Below are positions 1 through 14,300 of a stretch of DNA of 64,000 nucleotides, piece after piece. The notes under the pieces were generated by a model that was not told where the DNA came from, ran no database searches, and was given only the letters and a program-made list of their open reading frames with translations. Both the position numbers and the translations under genes were made by a program. The stretch's first letter is position 1. The number at the start of each line of letters is the position of its first letter. Location of the stretch: NCBI RefSeq assembly GCF_033153115.1, contig NW_026889750.1, forward strand, positions 39,308,001 to 39,372,000, read 5' to 3'. Source of the DNA: Saccostrea echinata (Eukaryota).

Positions 1-60
1 CCAAATTCTCGCTAAAAAATTATCCAACAAGCTAAACCAAATCTGACATCAGAGAATTTA

Positions 61-392
61 TAGGGCTGCAATGAATAATTACAGTGCACATGAATTGCAA
101 TGCAAACCATTCAATTCAATTTAATTCAGTTCAACATCTTAAAATTACGACTCGGTTCATGTTTAAAAAAAATCAATGTGTTTTTTTTCTTTACAATTTG
201 TAAGTGGCTAACGCCAGTGGTTAAATCTCTGGAATTTGGATTAAAACTCCAAAAGTAAACCTTAATTATGTCCCCATCGTGGATATATTTTGGCCTGAAA
301 GAAAACAGAAATGCTATGAAAAGTATGACCGAAGAACTGAAAATGGAACCAAATCATGAGGTACCTGAATCATTGCACTGATTGCAGCCCTA
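61..392. mobile_element. hAT-like MITE remnant
   Basis: TIRs TAGGGCTGCAAT ... ATTGCAGCCCTA; TSD not evident. Confidence 0.55.
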
Positions 393-486
393 TAAAAATT
401 ATATGAATTTTCAATGAAAAAATATGGAATTCTGTACAAAATTGCATTCTCTACTTTTAATTTATGGAAATGCAACAGCATAAGAT

Positions 487-984
487 CAGGGACCTATATA
501 CTAACAGGATAAGCAACTCCTTCAGTGCCATGTTTACTTACCCAAAATGTCACACACAACATTGCAAGTTTTTCAAACTAGTACTTGTATGTTTTTTTCC
601 AGAAAAAAAAACTTGTTTTCTGATTAATGTAATCTGTTCTTTTTGTGAATCAGAATGGATTTTTAATAAATTTTGAAGCACACATTATAAAACAATTTAA
701 ATATCAAGTAGAGAACCACAAAAATCGGCGAATTCTCAGAAACATGGCCAATCAAGGGCATCACTGATTTTTAAATAAACGTTATTACTACTAAGACAAG
801 GAGTAAAAACAGTGCTAAGAACAATTCTTGAATAATTTTTTGATAGATAAATTAAGGTTTTATTCTGAAATATTTGATAGCAAAAGAGATATATTTAATT
901 AAAATTGACTTACAAAATACCACAACTTACAAGATATCGTGTGACTTGTGAGAATTGCCTATCCCGTTAGTATATAGGTCCCTG
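487..984. mobile_element. Non-autonomous TIR element, 7-bp TSD (P-like), copy 1
   Basis: TIR CAGGGACCTATATACTAAC.GGATA.GCAA at both ends; ATAAGAT duplicated at 480-486 and 985-991. Confidence 0.85.
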
Positions 985-2037
985 ATAAGATGAATGATGT
1001 GCCATCACACTGGTGACAGGCTAGACTTAGTGTATCCAACCTATAACCTTCCAATGTAATGTGCATTTAATAAGAGGGTGATCTAAGTTAAAAGTGTATA
1101 TATATTGAAGATGAATTTCATTTTCTATTCAGCTGCCAAAAATACAATAATCATAGGTTAACTTTTGAAAGGAATTTGTTGATTTTTTTTCAAGGGAAAA
1201 TATCAAATATGTCTAATACTAAAAAAGTTAAGCTCTGCTTTAATAGGCAATGCCCTGAAATACTGAAAATAACACACTCACTTATTAAAAAATGTCATAT
1301 ATCTAGAAATAATTGTAGTACATATTAACTATTGTACAAATGATTGTATGATTTATGCATATCTTCACATTCTAGAATATTGTTTAAATGTATGAACAAT
1401 TGATGATTCTTGTATGCTGTGCCTTTGCCAATTATTGTAATTGTGTTTGCACCAATAAATATTGTATTGTACAATATTGTATATAAAGTAAAAGGTTTTT
1501 TGATGTGTATCCACATCAAAAAATAAACTCCTCAGAACACTCACATGTGGAACATATAATAAATCTGTAAACTTTTGTATAATATCTTGATTTTGTTATT
1601 TTATTAAGATTTAAATGAGACTTTGCTATTAGATAGACACCCCCCCCCCAAAAAAAAACCCCCTCATTCATCAAAGTGATATGACTTTGTTTAGCAAAAA
1701 TAAATAATGAATAAATTATTTTGAAATGGTTTATTCCCTGCCAATTATTTTCGATCGAAGGATTCTGTGACATATCACAGAGTAGAATAGGTGTGGTTAA
1801 AATATTGATGCATTACTGCATTACTGAGGAAATTCAAGTTAAAAATATTGGAAGATGTAAAATGGCAAATATATTGCATATAGAACAGCAAATATAACTT
1901 AAATGTTTTGAATTATTGCACAAAATTAATCAGCATGCAGAATACAAGTTGTAAACAGTGCACCTACTCGATAATGTTAAATGTGCACCTGCAGAAAGTT
2001 TCACTTTCCAACTTTGACGTCCATGTTTAAACAATTT

Positions 2038-2300
2038 TAGGACGCATGCGGACTTTTTTTTGTAGAAACTGATCTAATCGATAAATCAAAATATTATTGG
2101 TTCAATAGATATTATAAAGAAAGAAATCTTTATTGAAAGAGCATTTTCAATTATATCACTCTGCAACAAAATCAAAAAATATGGTATAAGATTTATAACA
2201 AGTGGAATACTTGAATTTTTACGTGAAAATGAAAACATTAATTTATCGGCTATTTTCAATCGCGCATGCGTCCTAGCGTACCGCCTTTACCAATATGGTG
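2038..2300 (+). promoter_or_regulatory. EMSY promoter region (NRF1-type CGCATGCG motifs, YY1-like AATATGGTGG at start)
   Basis: CGCATGCG at 2043 and GCGCATGCG at 2262, locally CpG-enriched, immediately before the first ATG/GTGAG donor (2295/2324). Confidence 0.55.
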
Positions 2301-5300
2301 GACAAAAGCACATCGGAAAATTAGTGAGCATATTTTTCCATCTTATTAAGCGTAAATTTCAACGGTTTTATATATTTGAAGAGCTCATATGATTTTAATT
2401 TTTATTTAGATTTTTTTACCGCCCTAAACACACACACAAGTCAAGGAATAATTGAGTTACAAGGAAAAATGTAACGTGATTTTTGATATAAATCACAATG
2501 TATAATCTAATAAGAACATAGCTGCAATAATGTAGCCCTCTACGATTTTTTTTAATCTGATATTTTCAGGAGAGGGCTACAATTCCACTGCATCTCCGTA
2601 ATGGTGCAAATATATTTTTAGATACGGGCGACTGCAAAATAAATTGTTTTTGCATTTAACTTACTTCCAATAAGACGGAATTTTTATTTACTATCAACAA
2701 CATAGCCCTTCATACGCGAAAACCAAGTAAAATAAATCTGCGTGTTTACCAGAGGCCTGTTCAACAGGGCGAACGTTCGCGAGCGCTCGCGAACATATCT
2801 GTTGGAAAGATAAGGAATATTGGCGAGCGCTCGCGAACGTTTGCTCTGTTGAACAGGCCTCAGTTGTTCTGCTCAGCAGCCATGACAGTTCTCGCGTGAT
2901 GTACTGAGACATGCGACAGGACCTATATACTAACGGGATAGGCAACTCTCGCAATATCTCGTAAGTTGCGTGATTTCATAAGTCAATTTTAGTTAAATAT
3001 ATCTCTTTTGCTATTAAATATTTCAGAATAAAATCTTAATTTATCTATCAAAAAATTATTCAAGATTTGTTATTAGCACAGTTTTTACTCCTTATCTTAG
3101 TAGTAATTACGTTTATTTAAAAATCAGTGTGTGTCCCTAATCGGCCGTATTTCCGAGAAATTGTCGATCTCGGTGGTTGTTTACTTAATATCTAGATTAT
3201 TTTATAATATGTGCTTTAAAATTTATTAAATATCCATTCCGATACACAAAAAGAACAGATTACATTAATCAGAAAACAAGCTTTTTACTTGGGAAAAACG
3301 TAGTTAGAAAAACTTGCAGTGTTGTTTGTGCCGTTTTGGGTAAATAAACATGGCGCTGAAGGATTTGCCTATCCCGTTAGTATATATAGGTCCCTGCTTG
3401 CGATTGAAATTTAGAATCACTTTATTAGGTAAATGTTGGTGTATATAAATCTTTGTGTTGTTTGGTATAACTTAACATCGATAAATAAAAGCATCCCACA
3501 TGATATTTTTTCATAAACATTGATATTTATGCTTAAAATAAGGGAAATCCTAATAGGTCCGCTCCCCTAGATCCCGAATTCTCATTGGTTGTCCCAAAAT
3601 AAAATCGATCAAGGTCAGTAAACAAGGCGGATAAATTCAAAATGTGATGTTGACATACACGAAAAATAACCAATATACGGATTGTTCTGTAAATTTTTGG
3701 ATCAATTCATGTTTTGCATAACTACATTTTATGAGTTCAGGTAAGATATGTTAATAAAGTACCCACTAACTGATAATTTGAGCCGAAATCTGTGAGGTAG
3801 AATCACTCCCGCACTTGCACCATTACGGAGATCCTAAGGAGTTGTAGCCCTCTCCCCCCCCCCCCCCCCCAAAAAAAAAATCGGAGAGGGCTACATTATT
3901 GCAGCTAATAAGAACAGTGTCCTGATGATAGAAGAACAGCTTTGTCACAATCCAAAAATTGGAAAATGTTAATAAGTCAAATTCTAGTGAATGTGGTTAT
4001 GGTGGGAAATAAAAGCTGTGGATCACTTTATTTATTTTTCAGAAATTTATACTGTTTTATGCTTAGTAACAGAAAATAATGAACAGGTTCCACTTTTTAT
4101 TTGCATTTTCTATTCAAAGCACCATGTGGCCAATGCTGTTGGACATGAGCAAAGAAGAATGCAAGCGAATATTGAGGAGAATGGAGTTGGAGGCGTACAG
4201 CTCTATTGTTTCAGCTTTCAGAGCACAGGGCGATCTCACAAAAGATAAGAAAAAAATTCTTCAGGATCTTCAGTCCACTTTAAGGTAAATTATGATACTA
4301 TTTCACAGAATTGCAGAAAACAAAAACATCTTTTAAATAAGACAGTGTCTTACTCTTTTTACTTCTCTTTATTGTAGTATCTCAACAGAGAGACACAGAG
4401 CTGAAGTCAGAAGGGCTGTTAATGATGAAAAATTAGCCACCATTGCTGATCAGTACGTTATTGAAATTTTTTCTGCCCCATGGGCTACTTTTGGGCCAAA
4501 ATAGAGGGCAAAGTTTTACACAAGAAATATGAAACTTCTTTATGAGCAAGAAGACTAGAATTTGTAAGCTTGACATTAAGCTTCAGTGTACTTAACAAAT
4601 TGCTGAAATTGTGGTCTTTAAGAAAATAATAGCTTCTAAAAGGGTTTTCATTTATCCACGTTTATTTGCAAGAAAGGTAATTAAACTCAGTTGCGTGTTG
4701 CAGCACTTTTGCTTATTGTAATTTTGGCCTTAATGTAGTGGTTTCTTAAAAAAAGAAACCTTTATGAATTTTGTTTGAATTAAGACTGTGTTTATAATTT
4801 TAAAGCATGTGTGGACCTAGCACAGATGCAGAATGGATGATCGAGGGGAGGAGACTAATTCCTCTGATGCCTCGTCTTGTGCCTCAAACGGCATTCACGG
4901 TGACAGCCAACCAGATGGCTAATCTACAAGCAGAAAAAAATGCAGCTATGCCAAGTCCATCTAGAACAGGCAGTAAAGACTGTAAGAAATAAATGATGTA
5001 CTAAATCAGAATATTTTCAACTTGTCTAACTTGAAGCTAGCATAATGAATTCTTTCAAAATTGCAGTAAGCAGCACCTCCTCTAGTCCACCGACTCCTGT
5101 TAGTGGTACTGTCACCAAGGTAACAAGACCATCCAGCCCAAACTCTAATGTGGTGGTATTGCCAAGTGGAATGTCTATTCACATCAAAGGTATTTTAAAT
5201 TTTCTTTAGACTGATTAAAACTTCATTTTTCATCAGTAAAAATTTCAAATTTAAGATAGTGACATTCACAAAATCTTGTAGGTGGATTAAACACAGAAGA

Positions 5301-8300
5301 TGAGGAAGAATTGCCTGCAAGAAAGAGAAGAAGAAGTCAGTCCTCTTCAGAATCTATTAATATTGTGTCTCCATCAGCTGGTACACAAACTCCAAGGGTC
5401 ACGTATTCCACTACAGCAAGTTCAGCTTCAGGGATGTCCCCTGTCAAAATCACCATCAGCAAGAGTCCCCAAACACGCCCTCAAGTCACATCTTCAACCA
5501 GCCAGTCACAAAAGGTTTGCTCTGTTCAATAGCCAGGGGAAAATTTTGTTGCAAAATTAATATATTTGATGCAAAAAGAAGAATTTTTATGACCATACAG
5601 TGGCCTGCAAAGAATGTCAGCAATCTCACAGATATTAAGTTTTATATGCACATCTATTTAATGATGAAATATAGTTTCAAGTTTTTTGGGTGATAGAAAT
5701 GTTTCTTATTGTCCCCCGCTTTCGCAAAACAAGGGGACATTAAATCTCATTTGTCTGTCACAAAAACTACCACCGTGGTCATAACTTTTGAATGAGAAAA
5801 GAGAGAGCTCTCATATTTCACAAATTTGTACATTACCTCTGACGAGATCTTTGCAAATGTGCGATGGTTTTTGACACCTTGACCTTGAAGTTTGACCTGC
5901 TTTTCAAAAATTTTGACATTGATGATAACATTTGAATGAGAGAAGATAGGGCATTTATCTCTTACATATGCATTACTTGTGACAATCCCTTTCCAAATAT
6001 GTATAATTTTTGAACCCATGACCTTGCCCTGGAAGTTCTGACCTGCTGTAAATCCCTTTTTTTTTTGTGAAAACTTTATTTTTGTGTAATTAAGAAAATC
6101 AGTCTGCTCCCGAAAATTTCATTCTGGCTTATATTTTTATTAGTATAGATTATATACAACAACCAGAGTTCACCAAGATTCTGTCTTGCTTATAAATTGC
6201 AAAAATAAGGTGTCACAAAAATTTTGTGATGTACAGTACTTTTCAAAGATTTTTAAGATTGGTGATGAAAATTTATAATGAGAGAAGATAGGGTGTTCAT
6301 ATTTGGCATGTGCATTACCTGTGACAAGACCTTTCCAAATGTACATATGTACTATGTTTTTTGACCCCATGACCTTAATCTAGAAGTTTGACTTACATAT
6401 CAAAAATGTTTAACTTTGGCTGTAACTTCTGCTCCAGAAGAGACAGGGCTTTCATATTTTTTTCACATACATGTGCATTACTCGTGACGACCTTTTGGAT
6501 AGTATTTTGATATTTGATCTCATGACCTTGATCTTGAAGTTTGATGCCGGTTCAAGAAACTTTGCTGTAACTTTCAAAATTCAAAAATTTAAATCTTTTT
6601 TGTATGATGGACAGCCAGGACACATAGGCAAGACAGTTACAATTTACCATAAATGATTCCATCCCATCCACTAAGACACTGAAAGCAGGAGTCCACAATA
6701 TACTGAATTTGCTTATTAAGTTCTATATGATAAAGGTGTGTGACATAATAACCAGTGACAGTGCTACCTACATGTATCCCTCTACAGGTTATCCTTGTAT
6801 CCAGTTCTGGGCAAGCATCATCATCCAGCATTTTACATCAGAAATCAATCACAGTCCCTGTGGTTAAAACAACCAGTTCTTTGGGAGGAACATCCAATCA
6901 GAAATCTAATATCTTACCAAATTCTGGATCTTCATCCAATGGAAATCTTGGAAACATTGTTACAGTGGCAACTCCCTTGTCATCAACTTCATCTTCAAGT
7001 AAGGAATAAAAGTAGATGACAGAGAATATGAAGTTTTTAGATTAGATCAACAGATACATTTATATCAGATGGATTGTTTATTCGTCAGTAACATTCATCC
7101 TCACTGATGAACAAGCACAGAAACATTATTGACAAGCAAAATAGGGTTAGTTACATGTACTGGTCATCAATTTGGTGCACTTGAGATACTGTAACATACT
7201 TTTTTTCAGCTATAATTCTGTCATTTACTTGATCCTCAGAATAATTATTTAAAGTTAGAATCTACTGTGAAATTCAACCACCGGATATATTTTAAGAAAT
7301 TCAAGCAAAGAGTGAATGATGATAATTATTTACATTGTTGATTATTCTGAAGACATCCTCAGGACATTTCACTTTCACAACTTGGGAGTTTGATTTATGC
7401 TGAACAATTTTCATTACCAGCAATTTTAAATGCATTTTTGATTGATGGGTTTACTAAAACATGCAAGACACTACCATATTTATGTTCATTGTTCTTAATT
7501 AATGCTCTTTTATTTTAAAATATTTATTTACTATATTTATTTTAAACAGTGTATTAAGAGCATGAACATCTAAATGTTTCAATGGTTAGCATTGTGCTTA
7601 GTGTTATGGACCTTCTGCTAATCATGCCTGCAGGCAATTAAACTGCAGATGTTGAAAATACCTATCTACCATGAACTTTGAAAATAATATGTATGGAGCA
7701 AAAATTTTTACCATAATGTCAAATTCAATCAAAAATTGAAAATGTTTTGTTTTACCAAAATAAAATGCACGTAATGAAAAGAAGAAACAAAAGATAAACA
7801 CCAAGGCTTCTTAACATTGTTAAAAATCATTCACATACAAAAAATTTTTTTTAAAAGAATTCACAAGTCTGTGTGCTGCATATTGCATTATTTTATTGCT
7901 CTTCTGTATTTTACAAAATCACTTTCAGACTCTACATCCACAGCTGTCACGACATCAACTATGACCTTCTTGACCCCAACTGTCAGTATTCAGAAACCTC
8001 GCCCAAAAACAGTTCCAAGACAGAGATTTCCTGTGGTAAGAATTTGTAAATCTTTTCTTAAATGAAACAAGCACTTCTTGTGATGATCATTGAAGGAAAA
8101 TGGTGTGGATCAACTACCATAAAATCATTAATTGAAATTATATTTTCATTGACCGTATTTTTCATGTATAGTACATGTATGTATAGATAAACAGGAACTT
8201 GACCCCAGATTTCACCTTTTACAGAGCCAGGGTCAGCAGAAGCCTGGAGTAGTCATACCAATGGGGCCGCAGCCTGTACAGCCCTCTCCCCAGTCTATGC

Positions 8301-11300
8301 AGAACATTCAGATAAAACCTGTTGGCAAGTCCCCCTCCACAATTCAGATTAGGCAGGAGGGAGGTAAGAAAAGCAAATATTAAACTTTTCTTTACTTTTC
8401 AAAAGAAATATTCTGTATGATTTGGAAAAGGAAATTTTCTGGGAAATCATGAATTACATGTAATAGCAAATTATATATCTAGAAAACAAAGAATTGATTC
8501 ATTGGTGAGAGTGGGTTAACCATAAGAATGTGAAGTATCTAGTTAGACAAACTTTAATATGTTACAGGTATGAAGATAATTACTCAGAGTTTCCCAGGGT
8601 CTGGTGGAAGTAAGATTCTACCTAAGCCCACTCAGCTCCCTACCAGTTCTGGTACACCAGTTGTCGTCGTTAGTCCCGGATCATCCACTTCATCAAATGT
8701 CACCATGGTCACCAAACCCATCACATCCATCGGTATTGTAATCAGAATTAAATTTATCATGCCTCATATATATGTAGTAGTGTTCCTGTTGGAATGAGCC
8801 AAGTGTCATGATAATAGTGTTGAATGTTACAGTTAACTGGAGAAAAAGTTTGTATGGTGTTTTGTTTTGAAATATTTAGAAAAATTGTTTTCATTTGAAG
8901 GTCAAGCTGGGACAAAGATTTTGAACATAACGACTCAAGGTGGGAAGGTGATTTCTACAGGAACAAGTCGTGGACCAAATGTTGTAACAGTGAATCCTAA
9001 AACACTCCACTTAACAGCCGTGAAATCAGCAGCGGGAGGAAGTAAGTGTGAATGTCATACCTCTTATAGAAGAGTCTGTTTGGAATATTTTGATGTTTCT
9101 TAGGGTCCAGAGTTTATGTTTGTAAGGGCCAAAAGAGGCAGGTGCCGGGCCCTATTTGCAGTGATAGAAATGTAAGGTTCCCAAAATTACCTATTAAAGG
9201 AAATTCCCAAACGCAATGGGAATTTTTTTGCAATGGGAAAGGCCAAGACCTTTGTTATTAATAAGTAAAAAAAAAATTGAGTCCCCTGTATGTACACCAT
9301 GTATTTTAATTTAATGAGGCAAAGCAATGATTAATAGTTTTTCTTCATCCACTGAAGATGTGTTGGAGATGTTTTAAATGGTGTATTTTTTCCTTTTCTG
9401 TTTTCAAACAACCAATTTACATTATCTTAGGTGGAAAGCCCAATGTTATTGTTGTACAAAAGACCCAGCCCCGGCGACTTTCAGGAATGCCCACTTCTAC
9501 CGCAAGGGGAACAACTGTCATTTCTAGTCCATTTGAAAAGGTCTGTAGTTGTTTATTGTTATTAAGATATTACCCTGTTCTGCTCGTGTTAAAATTTTCT
9601 AAGGCCTAAGGGGTAAATGTTAAATTTAAATGGTATATAGCAGATTTACATGTATGATTGTAATAAAGAAACTTTGTTTAACTTTTCTGACTCAGGAGTT
9701 GGTGAGTTTCCTACAGAAGCAAGACAATACTAAACACATCGTAGTAACATCACCTTCAGGTGGCCAGAGACCAATAGAAAGGAAGGTTATAGTGACCACT
9801 CCAGGGCAGCTGGAGGCCACTAGACAGGTACGTGTACATCTATCATGTACTGTAAAAAAAAACTGTTATCACTTTAAGATATATGGACAGGCATTACTTA
9901 AAAGTGACAGAATATATTTACAATAAATTTGAATTAAACAAATTATAAAAAAACATTAAAGCAAATACTGTCTTCCCTTTTGTTAGAGAGTTCGTATTGA
10001 AAATGCAGAAGGGAAGTTGATCCAAGATCTGATCCATGCAGCAAGTCAGGATTCTGAGGGAGGTGGTGACGTCACTATTAACCTGGACGAAGCTACCCTG
10101 GCTGCTCTGACGGGAAGCACTAGCAGTCAGGTATCAGAGACGGTCACCAGTAAAGGTATGTGACAGTAACACTGCACATTTTTATCTCCTCTTGTAATTT
10201 AAAGTTTATGTGATGTATATTAAGTATTTCATGTCTTAGGTGCCTCAAGTGAAAACCTGCCAAACAATGAATGGTTTGAGTATGATGACAATAACCCCTC
10301 CTTCCAGTCTGGGGTAGACCAGGCTGCTGTACAAGCCCTCATAGAACAACAGGGATCTAACAAACCAAAAGTGACAGTTCAAAGGTTAGTATAAAGTCAG
10401 ATAAGCTCTCAAAGAATAACAGGGATCTATCAAATCAAAGTTGATCATTCAAAGGTTAGTTTAAACTCAGATAAGCCCTTAAAGAATAACAGGGATCTAC
10501 TAAACTAAATGTAACAATTCAAAGGTTAGTATAGACACAGATTGTACTGCTGTACAAGCCATCATAAAACAACAGAGATCTAGCGACTCGGGAGGTTACT
10601 GTAGACTCGGATTATTTGTATAAGTTTGATAAGAGTAAGAGAAATGGATATTAAGGTAGTTGAAAGGGACCTTGGAAGTGGAGAATGAAGGGAGAAGATG
10701 AAGGAGGCAGAAGGGGGACAGTGAGTGATACCCTGAACCCCTCACTGCCTGATCTGTCCCCATGAGTATGTTTATTCATTTACAGGTCTGCCAGTGTGGA
10801 TATTGGGCAGTTATCAGATCAACTCTCACAGCAGCAGTTCTACACAATTGGTATGATATATGTATTTGTTTTTGATTCTAACTAATGAATGATAACTAAG
10901 TACTTAAATATTGAGGTGTGAAAAGTATTTTATCTGGTATGATTTTTCTATTCATTTGAGAAACATTTTAATATTTATATATGCAGAGATTTGGGGGCAT
11001 ATAGTTTTTGGCTTGTCTGTCAAACATGTTTTTGGCCTCATGACCTTGATTTTTGAGTTTGACCTACTTTTGTCAAACTTTAACCTTTACCATAATGTGT
11101 GAATGGTTGGTATTAGGGCTTTCATATTTCACATGAGTATTTCTTTTGCCAAGAGCTATCTCTGGGTACCAACTTTTTTGACCTCATGATCTTGAACTTG
11201 GAGTTTAATCTACTTTTGAAAAACCTTAATTTTGGCCATGAGCTGCCATATGGTGGCAACAATGTTTCACACCCACATCTTTTTTCATGGGAATATTGTA

Positions 11301-14300
11301 GAACAAGCCATGAAGATTCTGAATAATCCAGAACAGAGTGAGGCAATGATGTTGGAAGAGGTAATTGAAGATGCTAAACCAAAAAGCTAGTACAGCACTA
11401 ATCTTACTGTAAATCATTTTTGCATGAGCAGGAACTTTATATAATTATGCCACACAGTATAAAAATCTGCCAGATATACATTTATTAGCTTGTTTAATTT
11501 GCTATTGAGAAGGAAATGGTGTAAAATGTCTTGTGCAGTTAAAAGTTCCATGACCAGCTTCAGTGACACAGCACTGTCAGTGTACAAGAAGTAAAATGTT
11601 TCAATGAAAAGTTAATCGATCTGATTTTATTTTGTTATTGTCTGTATATGAATTTCATTCTCAAATATACAATGTACTTCAATATTTTTAGAGCCAGGAA
11701 TCCACATCAGAAGGGAATGTTGTCATAGAGACAGTAAATACATCACAGAGTTCTGACATTACATCACAGAATGAGTTGGAACAGATAGCTCGTAACCTGA
11801 ACCTCCAAGGGGAGCTGGATCCACAAACAGGGATATTTTACACAGTGACAAATGCAGCTGGTCAGACTGAAACCCGCAGGCTAACAACAGAATCCAAGGT
11901 TGTCACAGAGAGTGCTCCCCAAGGGGAGGCAACCCCAGGCTCCAAAGCATATGATTTGTTAAGCAGTTCCCTGGCTCAGGCACAGATTGACCTGGATCCT
12001 TATCAGTTCATTGAGGAGGATGTACTTTCTGACAAATCTGCAACAGGAAGTCAGGCTGATAGTGGGGTTGTGGGTAAGATAAAACACAACATTCAATTAA
12101 TTTCTTCAGTTAAATTTTAACATGACTGCATATTTTTGTATTATGATGTATAGTAAGAAGATGACCAAGATCAGTGCTGTTGAAAAATACAGATTAAAAT
12201 AATCGATTGAAATTAAATGAATTTTAAGATTTTTAAAAATCAGATTTTTTTCCTGTTTGTGTATTTTCATGAATACATACATCAATCAAATTGCACATTT
12301 GTATTAATGAAACATGTTAATGGGACATTTTCATGTTCTTTGAGTGGATTATTTACAGTATAAGAATTTAATCCTTGCCTGAATTTCCACAGAGATCCCA
12401 TCTTCTGGAGAGGTCTCGGCTGACACAACAATAGAGAATGTGGTGGTGTCTGATAGCAGTGAGCCCACCACTAGTGCCGCCCTCCACACCACCACACTGA
12501 ACACCACCACAATCAGGATCAAACCCGGCAGCAGCTTCATCCCTATACAGGATGTGGCTAAATCTTCTACCATCAATGTTACACAGGAACAGGTAGGACT
12601 TGGGTTTTACTTCATTCATGGTAGTGGATAAAAACTTTAAAAAAAAAAAGCATTGAAATTAATAATTAATTGATTTCAAGTAATTGCATGAGATATTCAG
12701 TTGTCACTGAATATTACAGACTATTATTTGAGATATTTTTGGGTCTGTTGGTTAGACCAGAACAGCTTATGCATTGCTTATGTGTCCATTCCTAGTTTGT
12801 TAAAACAGTTTACATAATTATAGGAATAAGTTTGACCTGATACAAATTTAGAGTACTTCTGGACATGTACATGTTTCAGCCAAACTTGAATTTCAATGTA
12901 CAGTCTTGATAATGTTATTGAAAATAGAATGTAAAAATAGGCTTCTTTGATAATTTCAGTCTGACTAAGTCTGGTATAAATATAGATTACCTCAAAATAT
13001 TTATTAAGGTTATTGAGTTTGCTGTAAATTATACTTTCTGTCAATAAGAAAAGGTTAAAGCTTTAAAGTTATAAATTCATTTTTCTTTTTGTTTGTTTAA
13101 TAGTTTTTATTTTGTTTTTCATTAAAAAAAAAAATGTTGCTTCTTTCTTTGCAGTTTAAAAAGGGGTGTGTTCTCAATTCAGAAAGAAAATTTTAAAAAT
13201 GCTAATGTTTGATCTGATCAATTTTTTTGTAAAATATTATAGGCTGAAATCATAAAAGCTGCCATCAAATCAGAATGGTTAAATCATGAAGTTAAAAATA
13301 AATACATGTATTTTTTTTTTTTTGAATGAATGAATAACATTGTGTTTTGGTGTTATATATGTTATAAGAACATTTTTGATACAGAAAATTATTTCATTTT
13401 AGGTGATTTTCTATTCTGCAACATTATGATAATTATAAACTATTTAGGAACATTAGATTTTTTAAAATATATAAATTATTCTAACTACATAATGATTTAC
13501 CAATAGATAAACAGGTTATCCAGTTATAATTACTGTTATAATTACCCAATTGCACTGTCAACTGAACTAATTGCATGTGATGGTGAGAAGGTAGAGAACT
13601 TGGTACCTGTAATTAGCACCTGCTAGGTAATCAGATGCAGTATCTGCACTTACCAATGGTATTAGTGTGTAATTTGGAGGGTGTCAAGAGTAGGAGGGAG
13701 AACTCATGTAATTGGATTGTGTGCTCAGGCCAGGTATATATAGCTATCCCTCTGGCTAGGCTCATCAATCAGTTCTTCTGGCTTCTAGCACTTCAGACCT
13801 TGTGGAAATATTTTACTGAGAGCAAGAGAAGTTTTGTGAAACTGAAATCATAGGAAAAATTTTTTCCTATCTTTATCAATAATTTCAGGATTGTTTCCCT
13901 TTTTGGGAAAATTATCTGTGATATTTTTTTTTGATTTGTCAATTGAGCAAAGATGAATGGGGCTATAGTGTATGAGAGGGATTATGCGGACCATCATAAT
14001 GTGGACAGGGATAATGGTTATCCCCCTTCAACAGAGCCATCTGTCATGGCCCAGGGCGAGTACCCCCCTCCTTACTTCCCTCCACCCTACACCATGCCAT
14101 CTCAGCCTCCCATGGATTATCATTTCAATAACTCGTATGCTCCTGTGTCCGACTACCAGCAGCAGGAGCAGCCCTCCCAACAGGAGTTCCAGGCTATGCA
14201 TGGTGGCATAGACAGAGTCCACGAGTACAAGATTCAGGATGGTGGTGCCAACATCCACAGACCAGAACCGGTGATGCCAGGAACTATCCCTGTCAACTTC

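Larger units (their letters stand above)
2519..3907. mobile_element. Non-autonomous TIR element with 9-bp TSD (AcademH- or MULE-like), hosting two nested insertions
   Basis: TIR TAGCTGCAATAATGTAGCCCTCT ... AGAGGGCTACATTATTGCAGCTA; ATAAGAACA at 2510-2518 and 3908-3916. Confidence 0.85.

Noticed and set aside
13889-13953. In-frame EMSY-TFAP2 fusion via the acceptor-like TTTCAG| at 13888
   Set aside because: EMSY exon 19 ends in phase 0. Splicing to 13889 hits TGA after 10 codons, and the AP-2 ATG is 64 nt away (out of frame).
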